This document shows positions 9,884-18,629 of a stretch of DNA of 35,734 bases, in pieces. This DNA comes from a virus. Lineage: Duplodnaviria > Caudoviricetes. The position numbers and the translations under genes are program-made. Each line of letters starts with the position of its first letter. Position 1 is the stretch's first letter. The notes under the pieces are model-generated. The model had not been told where the DNA came from, made no database searches, and saw only the letters and a list, made by a program, of their open reading frames with translations. Location of the stretch: positions 1 through 35,734 of IMG/VR virus record IMGVR_UViG_3300044228_003777; one strand, written 5' to 3'.

Positions 9884-10264
9884 TTGAAGACACTACGAAA
9901 AACTATAAGGGTTTTACCCGTAGAGCATGATGTAATCGAGTTTTTTAAATTAGATTTTAATGGCAATATTTTAAATATTTGCCATGAAATGGGTTGTTAC
10001 TTACTAGAACTTGAAGAAAAAAACTTCTTTAAAACAGAATTTTTCAATAAAAACAAAAAAATAAATGCTTTTTTATCAAATGAAATAAAACTAGAATCAT
10101 CAGGATATAAAGAAGATAAAGAAGTTTTAAAAAATTTTTTAAAATTTGAATCTGGAGTAACTTTTTTCCCAAAAAAACTTTCTGAAGAAATAGATTTAAT
10201 TAAATTAACGCTAAAAAATCAAGGAAATGTGACAGATGTTATCTTTTTAAGGTTAATAGTGTAA
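9884..10264 (+). CDS. Hypothetical protein between the two J genes, 126 aa
   Basis: TTG-start ORF fills the gap exactly; no family recognised. Confidence 0.65.
   Translation: MKTLRKTIRVLPVEHDVIEFFKLDFNGNILNICHEMGCYLLELEEKNFFKTEFFNKNKKINAFLSNEIKLESSGYKEDKEVLKNFLKFESGVTFFPKKLSEEIDLIKLTLKNQGNVTDVIFLRLIV
10259..10264 (+). promoter_or_regulatory. GTGTAA motif (Val-stop of upstream ORF) 11 nt before the J2 ATG
   Basis: ata GTG TAA aaaaagtaggc ATG. Confidence 0.55.
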
Positions 10265-10275
10265 AAAAAGTAGGC

Positions 10276-13200
10276 ATGGAAAGTTTCAAAGACATACTAA
10301 AAAGAAAAATTGGTAAAAAGATTAGTATTAGGGGTGAGTCTAGCTTAAACCCTCCTGCAACTAATAATACTTTGATGTCTTCATCTTCCATGGCTGTTTT
10401 GGATTTGCTGGCCGAAGGTCCAATTGAAGGTTTGTCCACTAAAGATGGAAGAAGGTCAGAAGGCATGGATTTGTTAGAGTCCGTATTTTTAGATGGAATT
10501 AGAGTTAAAAATCCAACATTTGAGGCTTCTGCAGGAAAAAGAATACCATATGAAAATATAGAATTAGTTGGAAGATTGGAAACAGGGGCTATAGAAGCTG
10601 CATTCTTCAATATTAGTGGCTCATTAAGAGAATATGAAAGATTTCTTACTAAAGCCGATGTCTCTGCTCCAGGAGGAGTAACAGCTTATAATGCGTCGTT
10701 AAAAATCAGAGAAATAGATGGATTTAAAAGCGAATTACTAAATTTTATTACTGAAAATTCTGGGGATTTGGGTAGATATGCTTTTATGCAATATCTAACT
10801 AGTGGTATATTTGAACCTAGTGACGGAATAACTGGAAGAGGTAAATTTGATCCAGGGCAAAAAACATCTTACAATCAAACTACTTTTAATCATTTTGCAA
10901 CAGTGGGTACTAGTGCAACTGGTGGACATTTATATAAAAGAACCATACAAAAAAGAGATGGTTCGCTTGTAGAAATGCCAAAAGATATGCAATTTGCAAT
11001 ACCTGGTTTTTTTAATAGTGACCCATTTGTAGGGGATTATGCAGCTGGGGGTTCATACCCACCACTTCCAGAACATGTTGGTAAAGTAGGCTCTGGTTTA
11101 AGATTGGAAGGCTTTTATGGAGGTGGAATTATTTTCTTTGATGCGGGTACTGGATATAAAAATGATCCAACCCCTTTAACATCAACAATTACAACAGAAA
11201 CAGACAATACTCATTCTGTAGACAATACAGAAGATGTAACGCTACACTTTGGTCCAGGTCTAACTGGATATCACACACGCAACCAGAGGAATAGTTCAAA
11301 TATTCACCTTTTCGAAGAAAATTTTACTACAGCTGGTTTTATAGATTTCTCTGGAACCACCGAGCATCTTCAATTTGCTAACAGTGATGGGCCTTTTGGT
11401 GTTGCTATAGATACTAATGATGCAATGAATCTTGGGGGTTATTTTAAAGCTAGTGGTGCTGGTGATTATACTTTTCATCTATCTTCTGATGATAGATCAT
11501 ATGTGTGGATAGGTGATAACGGAGCTCCAGAAAACAGAACCATAGACAATTATACTATTACAAGTACTTACAGTAGTCAGAATAGAACTGCAGTGGTTAG
11601 TATGGAGGCTGGTAGAAGTTACCCGTTTTATGTTATGTATGAAAATGGGGCTGGCGCTGACAAACTTCAAATAAAAGTACAACCTCCAGGAGGAAGCTAC
11701 CAAACTGGATTTAATGGATTTTGGTTTCATACAACTGGAGCTACACATTTGAGTGCTTCAACGGGTATGAAAAGCGGTTCAAACATTGGTTTTGAACCTG
11801 GTTACGGTGTTACATTCGTTGCGGATTTTAGAACTAGAAAGAAGTCTGATTTTCCTAGTGGTAAATTTTTTATACAATCTGGAAGATCTGATTTTGATGC
11901 AGCTGTGGGTAGTGGTATAAGTGGAGATTATGATGTTTTTGCTTTTAAACCTAACGGAGGAATGTCTTTTGCAAATGTGGTTTCAACTCAAAAAGATCCT
12001 TTGCCAGGAGAATTTAATAACAAATTTTTAAATTTAACTTTTACTGATGATTTTTTAGCTGAATACAATTTTAATAATATATCTTTTAATCATAGAAAAG
12101 GTTATGAACAACAACCCGTATTAGAAGGTTACGATATAGGAGCTCAAGATTTTGATGTTAGAAAAAAATTATATGGTCCTTTAAGATATGGAGGAGCTGC
12201 AACTGGGGGTAGTGGAGACGAAGCGGCAACAGGAATAGCAGCTGGATATAGTGACTCAAGAGGTGGTGGAGATTTCTCTGCTTGGTCTACCAATTTCCCA
12301 ACCGAACATGACGGATATCCATATACTTGGACGGTAAAAAGACCAGAAGTCAAAAAAGTATATCCTACATTATCTATAGAAGCTTTAAGTAATACCATAG
12401 ACAATGGAGATAATGCCGGTCAAGAAACAGGAGCGCAAATAGCTTTTTCAATTGAATATGGGTTTGAAGGAGATATACCAAATTTAACGGCTTCAACTTT
12501 AACAGATCCAACAGTTTACTTACAAGACGGTAAGTCATTGCAATCAATATATTTAACGCTACAAAAACAATCATTAAATAAAACGTACGAAGGTGTTACG
12601 ACTTCAGCTTATTTAAACACAGTGAGGGAATTAAATGATTTACCCCAAAACAAAGCATTGCAAAATGTAAGAGTGGATGACACAAGTATTCCAGGCTTAA
12701 CAGATGCTGACATAACATCTTATACATCTTATAATAGTGGAGATTTATTATTTCCTGGCGAAGAATGGAAAAACATAAATAGATACATGAAAGTTCAAAA
12801 ATTAAGTTTTGAAACTGATTCTACTTTGATTTCTAGGGAGGCATCATTGAATTATGTTACAGAAGAAATAGGAGAAAGCTTTAGCTATCCATACGCCGCA
12901 CTTTCTGCATTTCAATTTGACGCGAGAACTTTCGCGCAACAACCGACCAGAGAATATGACGCTAAACTAAAAAAAGTTTTAATCCCATCAAATTATTTTC
13001 CATTAGACACAAAAGGCAAAGACAAAAGATTTGTAAATGAAAAAGGATTTTTTGATTCAAGAGCTGCAATAGAAATAAACGCTACAACAGATTTTGCCAT
13101 AGCTAATCAAGACATTACCATAGGAACTGAAGATGTTGAAATTGAATTTAAATACGACCCAGCAGAAGTTTATCCTAAAACAAATGGGGCTAGTGTTGGG

Positions 13201-16200
13201 GATTTTATAATTACAAAAGCTGGAGGGTCTTTGAGATCAAACGGATTTGAGGTATTCCATTATAAAACAACTCAAACAAGTCAAGATGTTAGAATTGCTG
13301 CGTTAGTTACTAAATCAACTGCAAATGAAATGGACAAACAAATAAACATTTCATTAGAAGATAGAATAAATAATGCTAAATTAATTCCAAAAGGATTTGA
13401 TGATTATCAATATCTAGGAGAATTTCAAAATAAAGTCAGTGTAGGAAGTTCTAAACCATACAGATCAGATGGTACTGGAGAAGATATAGATGTTACATTT
13501 GATCTTTTAATTGGAGAAAATGTGTCATCTAATGATATTATGTGGACTGGTGGATCTTACAACAGATTAGAGATAATAATTAGAAATGGTAAGTTTAGAT
13601 TAGAGTATGTAAGTAATAATGGTTTCGGTAACAAAGTGCAAAGCGACAGAATATTCAAACCATTTGAGTTAGTAAAACTACAACTTGTAGGAACATTACA
13701 AAATGGAGTACAACTAAAAGACACTGAAACAAATACTATTATATGTGAAATTACAGCTGATGGCACTGCTGGTACAAACAGTACAGTAGTGCAGTTAATT
13801 GATACTTTTGCAAACGCGTATACAGCAGGAGAAGTTATTTCAAATGGACCGTACTACATACTTGGAGTCAATTCGCACAACCCAACTCCTAGTAGAAAGG
13901 GTTACGGAGCAATGCGAAATTTAATTCAAAATGGAACAACTGTATTTACGGATGACATGTTTGGCGTAGGTGGTTTTCAGAGAACTGACACTACTGAACA
14001 TACAATAGGCAGTAAGTTTCCACAAAGAAATAGTGATATTTACATATGTAAATTAAGTCTAGTAGGACAAACATTTACTTTTAGGGTTACTACAGTAGGT
14101 GGGGAGTTGGTTGGAGAAGGTACGGAAACAATGTCAACAGCTAGAGGTTCTATTAGTTTCGCAGGAAGTAACAGATTAACATTTGGCAGGAGAACCAACG
14201 ATGCATCTACCAATGTAAATCCAAAAAGTATTTTTGCGGATATTAAAATAACAAAAGCTGGGACTATCATACATAATTATATAGGAGATATTGCTGAATC
14301 GGCAGTATCACCATCTGAATTAGAAGACAGTGTTGGGGGAAATAATTTAAAATTCCAAGACACAATACCTAATTCAATAGAAGTCAGCACATTTGGTAGT
14401 GCTAGACCACTAGTGTACAATGGCCATTGGGATGGATCGTTTAGATTAGGTTGGACAGATAATCCAGCTTGGATTCTTTACGACTTAATGATTAACCCAA
14501 TATATGGAATAGGTAATAATTTAGATGATCGACAAGATATAGATATTTTCAGACTTTATGATTTAGCTAGATATTGTGATGCGGTTGATAGCGATGGACA
14601 TTTTGTTGGTGTACCAGATGCTACGGAAGGTTTAGAGCCAAGATTTTCCGCGAATTTGTTAATTAAAGAACCTAAAAACGCTTATGAAACAATAGGAAAT
14701 ATAGCATCTATATTCAGAGCAATAGCATTTTGGGATGGAGCGTCTTTAAACTTCTCAATGGATAGACCTAAAGGTATTCATGGTATATTTAACAACGGTA
14801 ATGTTTTTGATGGAATATTTAATTATGGAGATATTACAAAAGAAAGTAGATTTAATCGTGTAGAAGTTTTTTACGCAGATGCAAAAGATGATTTCCAAAT
14901 TAAGACAGAATATGTAGAAGATGAAGAATCTATAAGAAAACACGGATTGATCGTAACAAAAAATAATGGTATTGGTTGTACATCAAAATCTCAAGCTAGA
15001 AGAATGGGTAAATTTATTCTTTTAAGCAATAGAAACGAAACTGAAATAGTTAGTTTTAGAGCTGGGCATGAAGCTATGCTTTTGGGTCCAGGAGATGTTA
15101 TTAGGATAGATGATGAATTAAAGAATTTTGAAATCAACTACGGCAAAATTTTGGAAGTTAATACTGGGAGTAATTACGCTGGATCTTATTTAGGAATTGG
15201 AACTCAAGTTTCCACAGGTTCTATATCAACTGGTTTAGCCGTAAATAAAACTGGTGGTATCTATGTAAACGACAATAAGATACAAACACCATTAAAAGAT
15301 TTATACGACATAGCTAACTTTGATACTACATATACTTTTGAAGGCACACAATATACTGGAGAATTTCCTTTTGACAAAATTAGTGGTGCAAATGCAGAGC
15401 AGGTAACTCAATTTTATATTACTGGAATGGAAAAAGCTAATGATAATCAAACTAATTTATTGTTAGACACGGGCGATGCTAATTTTACTGGAATCACAGG
15501 AATTAGACAAGGTCATAATTTCAATATTCAATTAAACAATAACATTCAAGAATATTATAAAGTAATAAAATTAAGACCAGTAGAAAATAATTTATTCGAA
15601 ATAGAAGCTTTGCAATATGATTCTGGTAAATATCATAAAGTAGAATCAGAAGATTTCGATACAACGCCAAACAATTACAATATAGGAATACCTTCTCATA
15701 CAGTTAACAGACCTACAACACCTACTTTTGTGGGAGATACTCTGCAAGAAGGAGATTTGTCTTTTAGTTATACAGGTTTAATTACCGCTCAAGGCAATAA
15801 GGTTGAAGATAAGTATAGGGTCACTGTATTAAAGCAAAATTTATCTGCACCATACGTACAAAGAGAATTTTTAAAAGCTGGAGACACAACACCATTTAAA
15901 CTACATCATCTGAAAGCAGGAACTTATGTAGCGACTGTTGTTGCTTTAAAGAATCCAGAGTCAAGTCAAAATTCTAGCCAAGAATTTACAATTAATGAAA
16001 AACCTTTAAAGTGGGTAAATCCGTTCATGAGTAATATAACTTTAATAAATGGAGATACATCAAGTTATTCATCAAACTCTGGATCTGGATCAATTCATGG
16101 CGAATCAGTAGACTATAGATTAACAATCAAAAACAGATATGACGAATCAGTTATATTAACACACCAACAAGAATACACATTTAATGTATACGCCAATATG

Positions 16201-16389
16201 GGAACAGGTTACAAATTGATTGACAGTAATTATAGAGATAACTCATATGTCTTTTCTCAAGCAAAGAATTACGCCACATTTGGACAATTTACTACTGGAT
16301 ATGAACTTAAGTTTGAACTACAAAAAAATGGAGAGAGCTTAACTCCCTCCACTTTCTATACGAGTTTGATTCCAACGCCAGGATTATAG
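10276..16389 (+). CDS. Central tail fibre / host specificity protein J-like, copy 2 (2037 aa) with PA14 and LamG-like inserts
   Basis: DLLAEGPIEG, YNGHWDGSFRLGWTDNPAWILYDLM, EPRFSAN, GCTSKSQARRMGKF, PGDVIRIDD; PA14 signature GYFKA..GDYTFHLSSDDRSYVWI. Confidence 0.92.
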   Translation: MESFKDILKRKIGKKISIRGESSLNPPATNNTLMSSSSMAVLDLLAEGPIEGLSTKDGRRSEGMDLLESVFLDGIRVKNPTFEASAGKRIPYENIELVGRLETGAIEAAFFNISGSLREYERFLTKADVSAPGGVTAYNASLKIREIDGFKSELLNFITENSGDLGRYAFMQYLTSGIFEPSDGITGRGKFDPGQKTSYNQTTFNHFATVGTSATGGHLYKRTIQKRDGSLVEMPKDMQFAIPGFFNSDPFVGDYAAGGSYPPLPEHVGKVGSGLRLEGFYGGGIIFFDAGTGYKNDPTPLTSTITTETDNTHSVDNTEDVTLHFGPGLTGYHTRNQRNSSNIHLFEENFTTAGFIDFSGTTEHLQFANSDGPFGVAIDTNDAMNLGGYFKASGAGDYTFHLSSDDRSYVWIGDNGAPENRTIDNYTITSTYSSQNRTAVVSMEAGRSYPFYVMYENGAGADKLQIKVQPPGGSYQTGFNGFWFHTTGATHLSASTGMKSGSNIGFEPGYGVTFVADFRTRKKSDFPSGKFFIQSGRSDFDAAVGSGISGDYDVFAFKPNGGMSFANVVSTQKDPLPGEFNNKFLNLTFTDDFLAEYNFNNISFNHRKGYEQQPVLEGYDIGAQDFDVRKKLYGPLRYGGAATGGSGDEAATGIAAGYSDSRGGGDFSAWSTNFPTEHDGYPYTWTVKRPEVKKVYPTLSIEALSNTIDNGDNAGQETGAQIAFSIEYGFEGDIPNLTASTLTDPTVYLQDGKSLQSIYLTLQKQSLNKTYEGVTTSAYLNTVRELNDLPQNKALQNVRVDDTSIPGLTDADITSYTSYNSGDLLFPGEEWKNINRYMKVQKLSFETDSTLISREASLNYVTEEIGESFSYPYAALSAFQFDARTFAQQPTREYDAKLKKVLIPSNYFPLDTKGKDKRFVNEKGFFDSRAAIEINATTDFAIANQDITIGTEDVEIEFKYDPAEVYPKTNGASVGDFIITKAGGSLRSNGFEVFHYKTTQTSQDVRIAALVTKSTANEMDKQINISLEDRINNAKLIPKGFDDYQYLGEFQNKVSVGSSKPYRSDGTGEDIDVTFDLLIGENVSSNDIMWTGGSYNRLEIIIRNGKFRLEYVSNNGFGNKVQSDRIFKPFELVKLQLVGTLQNGVQLKDTETNTIICEITADGTAGTNSTVVQLIDTFANAYTAGEVISNGPYYILGVNSHNPTPSRKGYGAMRNLIQNGTTVFTDDMFGVGGFQRTDTTEHTIGSKFPQRNSDIYICKLSLVGQTFTFRVTTVGGELVGEGTETMSTARGSISFAGSNRLTFGRRTNDASTNVNPKSIFADIKITKAGTIIHNYIGDIAESAVSPSELEDSVGGNNLKFQDTIPNSIEVSTFGSARPLVYNGHWDGSFRLGWTDNPAWILYDLMINPIYGIGNNLDDRQDIDIFRLYDLARYCDAVDSDGHFVGVPDATEGLEPRFSANLLIKEPKNAYETIGNIASIFRAIAFWDGASLNFSMDRPKGIHGIFNNGNVFDGIFNYGDITKESRFNRVEVFYADAKDDFQIKTEYVEDEESIRKHGLIVTKNNGIGCTSKSQARRMGKFILLSNRNETEIVSFRAGHEAMLLGPGDVIRIDDELKNFEINYGKILEVNTGSNYAGSYLGIGTQVSTGSISTGLAVNKTGGIYVNDNKIQTPLKDLYDIANFDTTYTFEGTQYTGEFPFDKISGANAEQVTQFYITGMEKANDNQTNLLLDTGDANFTGITGIRQGHNFNIQLNNNIQEYYKVIKLRPVENNLFEIEALQYDSGKYHKVESEDFDTTPNNYNIGIPSHTVNRPTTPTFVGDTLQEGDLSFSYTGLITAQGNKVEDKYRVTVLKQNLSAPYVQREFLKAGDTTPFKLHHLKAGTYVATVVALKNPESSQNSSQEFTINEKPLKWVNPFMSNITLINGDTSSYSSNSGSGSIHGESVDYRLTIKNRYDESVILTHQQEYTFNVYANMGTGYKLIDSNYRDNSYVFSQAKNYATFGQFTTGYELKFELQKNGESLTPSTFYTSLIPTPGL

Positions 16390-17118
16390 CAATTTTAAAA
16401 TCTTTCTACATTCTTTAGCAGGAACATCTTTAAAGCTTTGCCACTTTTTAATTTCAGAAGCGTCGCCTTCGTAAGAACCGTCTTTGTATAAACCACGTAA
16501 ATGATCCTTGAAATCTTCAAAGGAGGATATACCTAGTTTATCATTTAGATTCTTTTTTAAGATGCCTTGAGGCGTTATATCAGTTGTTTTAGACGTCTGT
16601 TCTATAGGTTTATCCTTGTTTTTTGAACTGTCTATTTCATCTGCACCAACAATGTGAATATTTAAAAAGTTACGAACACAACGTACAAAGGCACGATTTT
16701 CTGCAATACATTCTAAAAATTTAGCCGCAAAACCATTTGTATTATTGGTTGTAGCATTAGCAATTGAAGTGAAGACTTGAGAACCATTGCTTTCATAGTT
16801 TTCAATCCAATTGATCATACATTGTGCAACAACTCGATCATCTGAAGATTCAGATATATCATAAGTGACACTGTGAAAACCACGCAATCTTGCAAGCTCT
16901 TTAATACCACTTAACTTAATTAAAAGTTGGCTATCATCAAGACCCTCTATAGAATCTGGAACTGGCATTTTTCTGTACTCAAACCAATCCTTATTTGGAT
17001 AAAGATGATCTGCGGAAATCATAGCTCTCCAATTAACAGAACCATCTTCGTTAAAAACATAATCTACTGACTCCAGAAGACCATGTTCGTTTCTTTTGTA
17101 TTTTTCTGGACTACTCAT
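16384..17118 (-). CDS. Putative single-strand annealing protein (Rad52/Sak-like fold)
   Basis: LIKLSGIKELA...beta strands...ECIAENRAFVRCVRNFLNI...DEI resembles the AETRA..RA helix of phage annealases. Confidence 0.5.
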   Translation of the reverse strand: MSSPEKYKRNEHGLLESVDYVFNEDGSVNWRAMISADHLYPNKDWFEYRKMPVPDSIEGLDDSQLLIKLSGIKELARLRGFHSVTYDISESSDDRVVAQCMINWIENYESNGSQVFTSIANATTNNTNGFAAKFLECIAENRAFVRCVRNFLNIHIVGADEIDSSKNKDKPIEQTSKTTDITPQGILKKNLNDKLGISSFEDFKDHLRGLYKDGSYEGDASEIKKWQSFKDVPAKECRKILKLL

Positions 17119-18253
17119 ATAAATATAAACTTTCTATTTCTTTTAAAGAATCTTTACTATACTTGAAACTATTAGTTTTGTCAAGTCTTTTAGCTGAAGA
17201 TTCTGAATAAAAAGTTTCGCCTTTACTTACAAAAGATTTATTAGAACAGAACTTTGTATTGTCTGTTATGAGACTTTTAACATCTTCTTCTTTTGGTTTG
17301 GGTTCTGGCACAACAGGAAAATCAAAATACTTTAATCTTAACTCTGATATATTATCTTCGTTTTCGGTTAATAAAATAAGATTGATTTTATTTTTTTTAA
17401 TAAATTTAAAAAAATTAGTATAGTCGTATTCAAGATCGTTTAATTTGAAAACAATTTGCTTAATATTATTTTTTATAAAAGAAAGAGCATCTGGTGGTAT
17501 TTCTTGTTTTAAGAAAAGACATAGTTGATAGTGCTTACCCCAATTTACAATATTATTTAAATCATAATGCAAGTCAGCTCTTAAGTTTATGTTTTTTCCT
17601 TTTAAAGAATCAGAAAATCCAAAGAAATCGGGTACAATTTCTAAAGATAGATTTTGAAAAACTGCCCCTTTGCGAATAGTTTTAAACTCTATTTTTGCAT
17701 CAATATTTAATTGGTTTAAAATGTTTTGGGCGATATCTTCTGGGTTGATGTCGTTGATTCTTTTGGGGTTTTCTTCCATCATGTAAGATGGTTTATATTT
17801 ATCAAAATTAGGTTCAATACTAATACATTTTGACTTCTTGTTCCAAAGTGGTTTTGAATTTTCTTTTAGTAAATTAAAATGAAGGATTACGGAAGGTATA
17901 TCATATGCACTTGCAATATGACCTGGTAAACTATCAACACCTACGTGCATCATAGCATTCTTAATTACATAATTCATTTGTTTAAATGATGTAGGTATGA
18001 AATGATCAACATGTTTGCCGGCTTTTTCTTGTGGACCACCAACTTGAACTACCTTAATTCCTTTTTTATTAAGATATGGTTTTACCAAATCAAAAACGAT
18101 ATCCCAATAATCATATTGTTGGGCTTGCATTTTAATTGGATTCTGAAACGTAATATATTTTTCAAAGCAAATAGGGAAATAATGTTCTGTTAATTCTGGT
18201 TTGCCAATTTTAACACCCAAATCTTTTGCGTAAACTTCAGCTATATGACTCAT
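17111..18253 (-). CDS. GT9 (heptosyltransferase-like) C-terminal domain plus an unknown C-terminal extension
   Basis: VVQVGG and HVGVDSLPGHIASAYDIPSVILH, the GT9 DS..H.A.A...P motif. Confidence 0.75.
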   Translation of the reverse strand: MSHIAEVYAKDLGVKIGKPELTEHYFPICFEKYITFQNPIKMQAQQYDYWDIVFDLVKPYLNKKGIKVVQVGGPQEKAGKHVDHFIPTSFKQMNYVIKNAMMHVGVDSLPGHIASAYDIPSVILHFNLLKENSKPLWNKKSKCISIEPNFDKYKPSYMMEENPKRINDINPEDIAQNILNQLNIDAKIEFKTIRKGAVFQNLSLEIVPDFFGFSDSLKGKNINLRADLHYDLNNIVNWGKHYQLCLFLKQEIPPDALSFIKNNIKQIVFKLNDLEYDYTNFFKFIKKNKINLILLTENEDNISELRLKYFDFPVVPEPKPKEEDVKSLITDNTKFCSNKSFVSKGETFYSESSAKRLDKTNSFKYSKDSLKEIESLYLYE

Positions 18254-18629
18254 ATGATTTTACCTCCTGTATGTTTGAATTTGTTATTTTATTGATTTTA
18301 TTTTTAATTTCAAAACGTTTGTCGTTTGTGTGATAAACATCTCTAGCTAACCTCACAAAGGTTGATCCAAAGTCTTTATTTCTTTCATGCTCCCTTATCT
18401 TATCCTCAATACCCCAGAGACCTCTGTTAATTTGGTAAAGAACATCTCTTAATAAAGACAATTCTTCAGCTATAAAACCTTGGAATTGATTATATATTTT
18501 TTCTAGTTGTTCTTTTTCGTTACGAACGTTCTTTAACTTTTCTTCGTCTGTAATATTTTCTAATTTTACATCAAGAATTGTTAATTTGTCAACAAGTTCT
18601 CCAGTTGAAATCGGTATTCTAATTTTCAT
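18237..18629 (-). CDS. DUF6165-like helical protein
   Basis: IPISTGELVDKLTIL...LW.IEDKIR.HE...F..LARDVY.TND.R..IK..IN...EVKSY. Confidence 0.8.
   Translation of the reverse strand: MKIRIPISTGELVDKLTILDVKLENITDEEKLKNVRNEKEQLEKIYNQFQGFIAEELSLLRDVLYQINRGLWGIEDKIREHERNKDFGSTFVRLARDVYHTNDKRFEIKNKINKITNSNIQEVKSYESYS

Noticed and set aside
2220-14943. Short antisense or alternate-frame ORFs inside the tail genes
   Set aside because: Shadows of long well-supported genes, with no motifs or start signals
3931-16389. DGR or invertible cassette behind the two J genes
   Set aside because: No reverse transcriptase, recombinase, near-identical TR/VR pair or inverted repeats seen in the window; both genes have the same orientation
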